This document shows positions 37,325 to 47,707 of a stretch of 64,000 bases of DNA, in pieces. The notes under the pieces are model-generated. The model was not told the DNA's origin, ran no database searches, and worked only from the letters and a program-made list of their open reading frames with translations. Both the position numbers and the translations under genes were made by a program. Numbering within the stretch: position 1 is the first letter of the stretch; each line of letters begins with the position of its first letter. This DNA is from Macrostomum lignano. Lineage: Eukaryota. The stretch is from contig NIVC01000104.1 of NCBI GenBank assembly GCA_002269645.1, forward strand, positions 62,001 through 126,000, read 5' to 3'.

Positions 37325-38880
37325 AGTGTCCATTGTACGTGTATTAAGGATGTCCTCTGTACGTGTCTTAAGGGTGTCCTCTCTACGTGTTTTAAGGGTG
37401 TCCACTGTACGTGTCCTAAGGGTGTCCACTGTACGTGTCTTAAGGGTGTCCACTGTACGTGTCCTAAGGGTGTCCACTGTACGTGTCTTAAGGGTGTCCT
37501 CTGTACGTGTCCTAAGGGTGTCCACTGTACGTGTCTTAAGGGTGTCCTCTGTACGTGTCTTAAGGGTGTCTATTGTACGTGTCCTAAGGGTGTCCATTGT
37601 ACGTATCTTAAGGGTGTCCTCTGTACGTGTCTTAAGGATGTCCATTGTACGTGTCCTAAGGGTGTCCATTGTACGTATCTTAAGGGTGTCCTCTGTACGT
37701 GTCTTAAGGATGTCCATTGTACGTGTCTTAAGGATGTCCATTGTACGTGTCTTAAGGGTGTCCACTGTACGTGTCTTAAGGATGTCCATTGTACGTGTCT
37801 TAAGGATGTCCATTGTACGTGTCTTAAGGATGTCCATTGTACGTGTCTTAAGGATGTCCATTGTACGTGTCTTAAGGATGTCCATTGTACGTGTCTTAAG
37901 GGTGTCCTCTGTACGTGTCTTAAGGGTGTCCACTGTACGTGTCTTAGGGGGTCCACTGTACGTGTCCTAAGGGTGTCCACTGTATGTGTCTTAAGGGTGT
38001 CCATTGTACGTGTCTTAAGGATGTCTTCTGTACGAGTCTTAAGGATGTCCATTGTACGTGTCTTAAGGGTGTCCACTGTACGTGTCCTAAGGGTGTCCAC
38101 TGTACGTGTCTTAAGGGTGTCCTCTGTACGTGTCCTAAGGGTGTCCACTGTACGTGTCTTAAGGGAGTCCACTGTACGTGTCTTAAGGGTGTCCACTGTA
38201 CGTGTCTTAAGGATGTCCATTGTACGTGTCTTAAGGATGTCCATTGTACGTGTCTTAAGGGTGTCCACTGTACGTGTCTTAAGGGTGTCCACTGTACGTG
38301 TCTTAAGGGTGTCCACTGTACGTGTCCTAAGGGTGTCCATTGTACGTGTCTTAAGGGTGTCCACTGTACGTGTCTTAAGGGTGTCCACTGTACGTGTCTT
38401 AAGGGTGTCCATTGTACGTGTCTTAAGGATGTCCATTGTACGTGTCTTAAGGGTGTCCTCTGTACGTGTCTTAAGGATGTCTTCTGTACGTATCTTAAGG
38501 ATGTCCATTGTACGTGTCTTAAGGGTGTCCATTGTACGTGTCTTAAGGGTGTCCTCTGTACGTGTCTTAAGGATGTCTTCTGTACGTATCTTAAGGATGT
38601 CCATTGTACGTGTCTTAAGGGTGTCCATTGTACGTGTCTTAAGGGTGTCCTCTGTAAGTGTCTTAAGGATGTCTTCTGTACGTGTCTTAAGGGTGTCCTC
38701 TGTACTTTTAATGGTGTCCACTGTACGTTTTTTAAGGGTGTCCACTGTACGTGTCCTAAGGGTGTCCATTGTACGTGTCTTAAGGATGTCCACTGTACTC
38801 TTAAGGGTGTCCACTGTACGTGTCTTAAGGGTGTCCACTATACGTGTCCTAAGGGTGTCCACTGTACGTGTCCTAAGGGC
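37325..38880. repeat. Minisatellite, 24-bp unit GGGTGTCCACTGTACGTGTCTTAA, about 64 copies
   Basis: Direct tandem periodicity. Confidence 0.95.
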
Positions 38881-38970
38881 TGATATGGTAATTTCATTTT
38901 GTTTACAAGCACGCAAGTATTCAAGTCGGGCGGTCTCTCTATGAGCCGAGCCCATCAGTAGGTCAATCAA

Positions 38971-41900
38971 TCAATCCTCAACCACAGGCACCAGCAGCAG
39001 TTGTTGTCGACCATCGCCGGCTCGACCGTCAGCGGTGCCATCTCCGCTGCCACCAGCGGCAGCCGTCGCAGACAGCCACCTTCGCAGCCTCGCAATGCCG
39101 CTGATTCCACCACCGCCGCCGCTGCGACCTCCCGATCGGGATCGTTCAAACTCGCGGCCGATTCGTTCCAACGATTTGCCGCTGGTCTCCGGCACCAGAG
39201 CCGCTGAGAAGGCCACCGCCAAGCAGCAGACGCCGCAGTACAGTCCGAAGGTGCCAGGCGCCCCAATACCTTGCAGTAGGCTTAGAAACGACACAGACGT
39301 AGCCAGCCCAGCTAGCCAATTTAAACTGGAACATGCGCCAACAGCTCTGGCCCTCAGACTGGCCGGAAATATTTCGGACAATACTAGCCAGACCACAGGG
39401 CCAAAGCTGGCACTGTAAGCGGCTACAAACACTAGCAGGGTTGCTAGGGCAAAAAATCCGCCAGGTGTTGTATCTGATAGATTATCGAATACCGATCCAG
39501 ACGATAGAGTGTCGTTACTATGAGCGCTGCTACTATTACTGTTTAGATCAATGGTTGATTCTAAACAAATGCCAATAGTGTAGTTACTGCCGCTGCTGCG
39601 CTTGAAGCTCTGTTCGGCTACAGCCGTTATAATGGAGAATACGGCCAGGGCTGCGGCCATGACGGCGCTGCCGGCGATCAGGATTCGTCGACGACCGACG
39701 CGATCGACTAAAGCCAGGGAGACTATGCAGCTTAGCACCTGATGAAGTTAGCGATGCAGACAGGTGGTTAAGGTTTGCTTAGGTTATGTGCTTAAGCTAT
39801 TAGATTAAAAGAAATTCTCACGATTGGCTTAAGAACGATCCTTATTGGTTGGTTTGGGGACAATTCTTATTGGTTGGCTTGGGGACGATTCTTATTGGTT
39901 GATTTGGGGACGATTCTTATTGGTTGGTTTGGGGACAATTCTTATTGGTTGGTTTGGGGACAATTCTTATTGGTTGGCTTGGGGACGATTCTTATTGGTT
40001 GGTTTGGGGACGATTCTTATTGGTTGGCTTGGGGACGATTCTTATTGGTTGGCTTGGGGACGATTCTTATTGTTTGATTTGGGGACGATTCTTATTGGTT
40101 GGCTTGGGGACGATTCTTATTGGTTGGCTTGGGGACGATTCTTATTGGTTGGCTTGGGGACGATTCTTATTGGTTGATTAGGGGACGATTCTTATTGGTT
40201 GGTTTGGGGACGATTCTTATTGGTTGGCTTGGGGACGATTCTTATTGGTTGGCTTGAGGACGATTCTTATTGGCTGGCTTGAGGACGATTCTTATTTTGT
40301 TAATTTCGGGACGATTCTTATTGGTTGGTATGAGGACGATTCTAATTGGTTGGTATGAGGACGATTCTAATTGGTTGGTTTGAGGATGATTTTTAATGGT
40401 TGGCTTGGAGACAATTCTTATTCTTATTCTTGTATTCTTATCAATTCTTGGAGACCGCTCACCTTAACTGCTCCCACGCCCATAGCAGCGAGAGTCTGCT
40501 CCTTAGACGTGCGAAATCCCACAGACATCAGCACGGTAGGCGCATAATACAACAGACACGATTGGCCGCTGAGCTGCTGCAGCAGCACCAAACAGCAGCC
40601 GATCAGGAACCGACGCCTGTAGCCTCCGTAAGCGTCGGAGCGAATCAGATCGGCCACCCGACGACCGGATTCCAATCGGACTGCCCGTTCGATGCCCAGC
40701 AATTCTCCGACAATGTCGGCGTCTATCTGACCTCGACGAAGTCGTTTTAGAACGGCTTCAGCTTGAGGCCGGCGACCCATCGCTAGGAGGTACCGAGGGC
40801 TGGGCGGCAAAGGCTGCAGACAGGCCAGCTGGAGCAGAGCCAGTAGGCCGGGTAGGGCAAACAGTAGACGCCAATTTGGTAGCAGTAGATAGCCGCTGGC
40901 GTATGCGAGTAGAAGGCCTGGATAATTGAGATCAATAAAACCATACTTTGTATGTTTTCAATTCAATGGGCTCTAATGGGAAAATTTATTTGGGCAATAA
41001 GAACCTTCTAGACGGAAGGTATCGATCTAGGGTTGTAACAAATTTTGGCTTTAAATACATGTAGAACCAACTTGTATGGCTGCCGATATGTATCGTAAAT
41101 AACACTATTTAAATGCAAAATATGCTTGTCTAGGCAGAAATCAGATTTCTTTTAATGGTATTTTTAAAAGCAAACGAGTATATTCGGGATACCCGTTGCC
41201 AGCATAGCCAGATAGCCAGCAGATAGCTAGTAGATAGCTAGTAGATTAGCTAGTAGATTAGCTAGTAGATTAGCTAGTAGATCAGCTAGTAGATCAGCTC
41301 GTAGATAGCTACTTATTTAGCTAGTAGATAGCTTGTAGATAGCTAGTAGATTAGCTAGTAGATAGCTAGTAGATAGCTAGTAGATCAGCTAGTAGATAGC
41401 TAGTAGATTAGCTAATAGATAGCTAGTAGATAGCTAGTAGATCAGCTAGTAGATAGCTAGTAGATCAGCTAGTAGATAGCTAGTAGATAGCTAGTAGATC
41501 AGCTAGTAGATCAGCTCGTAGATAGCTACTTATTTAGCTAGTAGATAGCTAGTAGATTAGCTAGTAGATAGCTAGTAGATAGCTAGTAGATCAGCTAGTA
41601 GATAGCTAGTAGATTAGCTAGTAGATAGCTAGTAGATAGCTAGTAGATCAGCTAGTAGATAGCTAGTAGATCAGCTAGTAGATCAGCTAGTAGATCAGCT
41701 AGTAGATTAGCTAGCAGATTAGCTAGTAGATAGCTAGTAGATAGCTAGTAGATAGCTAGTAGATCAGCTAGTAGATTAGCTAGCAGATTAGCTAGTAGAT
41801 AGCTAGTAGATAGCTAGTAGATCAGCTAGTAGATAGCTAGTAGATCGCGGCATACAGCGGGCTGATTAAACCAACTCACCCAGGGTGATGCCCAGCTCAT

Positions 41901-42624
41901 TGGCGGACACCAGAGCGCCCCGCCGTTTCGGCGCCGCCACCTCGGACGCGTACAGGCACTCCCCGGTGGCGCACACGGCAACGCCAACTCCTAGAAGAAG
42001 CCGACCTGCAAGCAGCAGCCACAGACTCGGCGCCGCCGTCAGCGCCGCGCTGGCGCCAATCAGCAGGGCGCAGTTGGCGCGCAAAATCCGACGCCGACCG
42101 TAGCGATCCATCAGCGGGCTGACTAACAGCGAGCCAGCAAACGCGCCCAAAGGCAGGGCGGATACAATGAGCTCCTGCTCTGGACAGGTGAGACGAAACT
42201 GCGGTCTCAAAGCTAGCAGGGCGTCGCCAATAACGCCAAGATCGTAGCCGAAGGTTAGACCACCTAGTAGTGCAGAGACTCCCGTCACAGCCAGCAGACT
42301 ATTGCCGCTAGGGTGGCAACAACAGCGACAGCGCAGTTTCTTACAGAGAAAAGTACATTTGCCATCGCAGCATCCGTCTTCTTCATCGTCGTCGTCATCG
42401 TCATTATCATCGTCATTGATATTGTCAACTTCACCACCGATAGGCCTGCGGCTGCCGCCAGATAAACTGGTGGACGCATCCAGCATCAGGGCGTCCTCCG
42501 GCTCGGAGTGCGCGTCGTAGCCGAACCTGACGCTGCCATCGTCTTCGTAGCTCAAACTGAAGCCTGAGCTATCGGCGTGATAGCCGCCTGCTCCGCTGGT
42601 TGATAGCTGCAAAGACTGCAACAT
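38971..42624 (-). CDS. SLC2A10: Class III facilitative sugar transporter (GLUT10/GLUT12-like), about 655 aa. Exons: 42624-41880, 40917-40463, 39738-38971
   Basis: GLTFGYDLGVIG, LTCPEQELIVSAL, DRYGRRR, YASEVAAPKRRGALVSANELGITLG|GLLLAY, PPSPRYL, QQLSGQSCLLYYAP, VDRVGRRR, FGPVVWLVLSEIFP and VPETSGKSLE. The frame is kept over both introns. The start ATG is uncertain because of a possible acceptor near 42607. Confidence 0.88.
39830..40410. repeat. Minisatellite, 25-bp unit TTATTGGTTGGCTTGGGGACGATTC
   Basis: Direct tandem periodicity. Confidence 0.92.
41205..41845. repeat. 11/12-bp repeat AGCTAGTAGAT(C/T)
   Basis: Direct tandem periodicity. Confidence 0.92.
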
Positions 42625-42649
42625 TAGGCACGGTTTTACTAATTATTTT

Positions 42650-43490
42650 TAGGGCGTGTGTACATTGGGGTAGAGAAAAGCCGGTCTCTTTAGGGCGTGT
42701 GTACATTGGGGTAGAGAAAAGCCGGTCTATTTAGGGCGGGTGTACATTGGGGTAGAGAAACGCTGGTCTCTTTAGGGCGGGTGTACATTGGGGTAGAGAA
42801 ACGCTGGTCTCTTTAGGGTGTGTGTACATTGGGGTAGAGAAACGCTGGTCTCTTTAGGGCGGGTGTACATTGGGGTAGAGAAACACCGCTCTCTTTAGGG
42901 CGGGTGTAAATTGGGGTAGAGAAACGCTGGTCTCTTTAGGGCGGGTGTACATTGGGGTAGAGAAACACCGCTCTCTTTAGGGCGGGTGTACATTTGGGTA
43001 GAGAAAAGCCGCTCTCTTTAGGGCGGGTGTACATTTGGGTAGAGAAAAGCCGCTCTCTTTAGGGCGGGTGTACATTTGGGTAGAGAAAAGCCGCTCTCTT
43101 TAGGGCGGGTGTACATTTGGGTAGAGAAAAGCCGGTCTCTTTAGGGCGGGTGTACATTGGGGTAGAGAAAAGCCGGTCTCTTTAGGGCGGGTGTACATTG
43201 GGGTAGAGAAATGCTGGTCTCTTTAGGGCGGGTGTACATTGGGGTAGAGAAACGCTGGTCTCTTTAGGGCGGGTGTACATTGGGGTAGAGAAACGCTGGT
43301 CTCTTTAGGGCGGGTGTACATTGGGGTAGAGAAACGCTGGTCTCTTTAGGGCGGGTGTACATTGGGGTGGAGAAAAGCCGGTCTCTTTAGGGCGGGTGTA
43401 CATTTGGGTAGAGAAAAGCCGCTCTCTTTAGGGCGGGTGTACATTTGGGTAGAGAAACGCTGGTCTCTTTAGGGCGGGTTTTTAGAATGG
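42650..43490. repeat. 41-bp minisatellite TAGGGCGGGTGTACATTGGGGTAGAGAAAAGCCGGTCTCTT, about 20 copies
   Basis: Direct tandem periodicity; lies immediately upstream of the SLC2A ORF. Confidence 0.93.
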
Positions 43491-44219
43491 GGTAGAGGAT
43501 GTGCATTATGTAAAATCTTACAACTAATATTTTTGAAAATTAAAAGCTAACATAATATAGCATACTCTAATAATAATTGAAATTATAAAATAATGAAGAG
43601 ACACTCAATATTTCAATAGATTTGTAGGAGTAGTAGTCGTACAGGTGTTTTATAAGCAAGTGAACATCTTGCTCATTTAATTAGTGGCAATAATAGAAAA
43701 CTAGATAATTAAAAACTTAAAACACTCTTTACGAAATGGAAAGGAAATTAAACAATAAACAGTTTAGTGACCATTTTAATGATGACGCAAATTAATTATA
43801 AATAATCATAATATCTGTTCAGTTAAAAAACCATGCAATCAACACAGAAGAATATTTCATTTTGTATACAGATGCAAATTTGGCGTGTGACTAGATGGCA
43901 AATCGTATACTGCAATGTATGACAAAAGTAGAATCGCTAGCACTAATCATCTACCGGATAGTAGCATAGTGCGAACATTACGTTACTTTTGTAAAGTGAA
44001 AAAGGAAGTTTAAATGAATGTTTGATACTACGGGTAGACTAAACAGACACTTGATTTTGTCCGGTTGATATGCGAACGATGCAGTGAGTCATTTACCAAT
44101 TCGATCAATTCGATAATTTATGGATTTGTACCAAAAGCAAAAACAGAATAAAACCTCATGTGGTGGCGCCATTTAACGGAGTTGATTTTGATAAAACTTA
44201 TTTCAATTAAGGAAGATTC

Positions 44220-45005
44220 TGATTCTCAGAAGACACTTACAGTCGGGGGCGATACTTAGTGGACACTTACAGCTAGGATTTGATTCTCAGAAGACACTTA
44301 CAGTCGGGGGCGATACTTAGTGGACACTTACAACTAGGATTTTATTCTCAGAAGACACTTACAGTCGGGGGCGATACTTAGTGGACACTTACAGCTAGGA
44401 TTTTATTCTCAGAAGACACTTACAGTCGGGGGCGATACTTAGTGGACACTTACAGCTAGGATTTTATTCTCAGAAGACACTTACAGTCGGGGGCGATACT
44501 TAGTGGACACTTACAGCTAGGATTTTATTCTCAGAAGACACTTACAGTCGGGGGCGATACTTAGTGGACACTTACAGCTAGGATTTTATTCTCAGTGGAC
44601 ACTTACAGCTAGGATTTTATTCTCAGTGGACACTTAAAGCTAGGATTTGATTCTCAGTGGACACTTACAGCTAGGATTTTATTCTCAGTGGACACTTACA
44701 GCTAGGATTTTATTCTCAGTGGACACTTACAGCTAGGATTTTATTCTCAGTGGACACTTAAAGCTAGGATTTGATTCTCAGTGGACACTTACAGCTAGGA
44801 TTTGATTCTCAGTGGACACTTACAGCTAGGATTTTATTCTCAGTGGACACTTACAGCTAGGATTTTATTCTCAGTGGACACTTAAAGCTAGGATTTGATT
44901 CTCAGTGGACACTTACAGCTAGGATTTGATTCTCAGTGGACACTTACAGCTAGGATTTGATTCTCAGTGGACACTTAAAGCTAGGATTTGATTCTCAGTG
45001 GACAC
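44220..45005. repeat. Array with a 61-bp dimeric unit grading into a 31-bp unit (ATTCTCAGTGGACACTTACAGCTAGGATTTT)
   Basis: Direct tandem periodicity. Confidence 0.92.
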
Positions 45006-45115
45006 TTCTAGAGCCAATACTTGGTAATCAATTTGGCTGTTTGTAGACACACCAGTTAATTGGAAATACAGTAATCGTATTAGCAATGTCCTCTTTACAG
45101 TTTTGAGTCAAAGCG

Positions 45116-47570
45116 TTACTGCGACTGAGAACTGTCCAGCTCACCGCCTTCCCCAAGGTCCAACCCACTCGGGCTGGAAGAATATTTATTCGAAGAAGAC
45201 AGCGTCGCCGGCTGCTGAACAACCACTGCTGCTGGTCCATCGGCGGCGCCGACAACTGACTCGGCAGTAGGTAGTCGAATATTCGAAGTCGAAGCCGACG
45301 AAGATGTCGATAGTAGTCGAGACGGCGACATCGAGGCCGAAGCTCGTTGTCGTTGAACCGCTTTTCTAGCCGAATGACCCGGCGAGATGGCGTCAATCAC
45401 TGAGTCGGGAAACTCTAACAGGCGACCAATGGCGGCCATTTTCTCTGTTCTAACTAGTTGGCGACCCTTGATTAGGCGCTGCTTAGCGGCCATGCAGCGA
45501 ATGTGATCGTCGAATACGAATCTGGGGGGGGGGGTGGGGTGGTGTGTGAGTTCCGATTGGATGAGGGCTTTAAATGCGAGTCTGTGAGTCTGTAGGCAGT
45601 TCAGGAGCAATGCTTTAAAATATTTAGGGTAAATCTTCGGGAGCTGCAGGAGTGATTCTTCACGAGGTGCAGGAGTGATTCTTCACGAGGTGCAGGAGTG
45701 ATTCTTCACGAGGTGCAGGAGTGATTCTTAACGAGGTGCAGGAGTGATTCTTCAGGAGGTGCAGGAGTGATTTTTCAGGAGGTGCAGGAGTGATTCTTCA
45801 CGAGGTGCAGGAGTGATTTTTCAGGAGGTGCAGGAGTGATTCTTCACGAGGTGCAGGAGTGATTTTTCAGGAGGTGCAGGAGTGATTTTTCAGGAGGTGC
45901 AGGAGTGATTCTTCACGAGGTGCAGGAGTGATTTTTCAGGAGGTGCAGGAGTGATTCTTCACGAGGTGCAGGAGTTATTCTTCAGTTCGAAGATTCGCAC
46001 TTAGAATCCCAGAGATTATACTCATTCTGAATGCCACCCCACGCAAACAGACAACAGCAGACAGACTCCGAAAAACTCACTTAGCAGTGAGCAGCGGCGG
46101 CCGAGGAACCGCACCCCTGGGCACAGTCGGACCTCCAGGATTATGAAAAGCTACGTGCAAACTTCGAGAATCTTCTCGATCAGCAACAGCCTCGGCGTAC
46201 TGCAATTCACCAATGAACCTGGCAACACCCCAGCCCAAGCGTTTGGCATCCGGTTCCACTAGCACAGCCTGGTGCCGGCTGGCGTCAACGGCTAGGAAGC
46301 GCCTCTCAGCTGGCGGTTTAACGCCGGCTGCTCCAGCGCTGCCACTTCGTTCAACTCGACAGCCAATCAAATCGCTATTGTTGAGATCTAGAGAGTCGCC
46401 TAAGCGTATTGGTGCATTGTTGGAGCCTTCGATAGTCGAAACGGATAACAACGGCAGGTCTGGATCCTGCTCACGTCGGAGACCGTAGCAGAGACGGCGC
46501 AACAGTAGGAACATGCGAATCGATCGACGGACTCGCTCGGCCTGAGTCGGTTTTGAGTACAGATTGTGCAGAGCTGTGACTGTGTGAGTCGCAATCCCTA
46601 TTGAAACTCAGCATAATTTGCCTTTAAGAACAGATACAAGCAGATTATTTGGTTGCGTACTAACCGTGACTAACTCAGCTTAACCTGAGCAGTGACTGCT
46701 AGAGAACTTTCACTCCGCTATGCCACACAGCTTTACAGCAAAGAACAGAGCATTCAGTCTGTACAGGGAGCATCCGGTGCATCTTGAGCAAAACGTAAGC
46801 GTCATTTACATGTACTCTGCTGAAATTTCTGCTATATCCACGTTTGTCTGATGAATGGTTGCCCCATTTGGGCCATAGACAGTTACAAGCTGGTTTATAA
46901 ATAGCTTAAATGATGAATGGTTGCCCCATTTGGGCCATAGACAGTTACAAGCTGGTTTATAAATAGCTTAACTGATGAATGGTTGCCCCATTTGGGTCAT
47001 AGACAGTTACAAGCTGGTTTATAAATAGCTTAACTGATGAATGGTTGCCCCATTCGGGCCATGGACAGTTACAAGCTGGTTTATAAATAGCTTAACTGAT
47101 GAATGGTTGCCCCATTTGGGCCATAGACAGTTACAAGCTGGTTTATAAATAGCTTAACCAACACTCAACTTAATTATGCATTGGCGCAGCAAATGGCCAG
47201 CCGTCCATGGCACAGAGTGGGGGCAGACCAGCAGGCAATTTAATCCTGCAAATCATTCAAACATTTTGCTGCGTCTCTTAGCCTTCTAAGCCCATGTATT
47301 CTGTTTTGATTCTGCGCGCAGAGTTGATTATGTCCATGGTCTAAGGTCTAATGCATCATAGGTGCAGGATTAAAATTTCTTTTTAGAAATAGTGAGCACT
47401 TCTTTCATAACATCCCCTTCACCCTCTCCAGTGTGTTGAATTTATTTTGGCTATGGTTGAACTTCATAGTCTATGATTAATATAAAATCAAATAAGAATG
47501 AGATTCACAAACTCTAACGCTAACAGACAGACAGACAGACAGACAGGCAGACAGGCAGACAGACAGAAAA

Positions 47571-47631
<61 letters not shown>

Positions 47632-47634
47632 AAA

Positions 47635-47665
<31 letters not shown>

Positions 47666-47668
47666 AAA

Positions 47669-47707
<39 letters not shown>

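Noticed and set aside
37226-38970. Cys/His-rich 'KGVHCTCL' and related long ORFs
   Set aside because: Artefacts of a 24-bp array; not zinc fingers.
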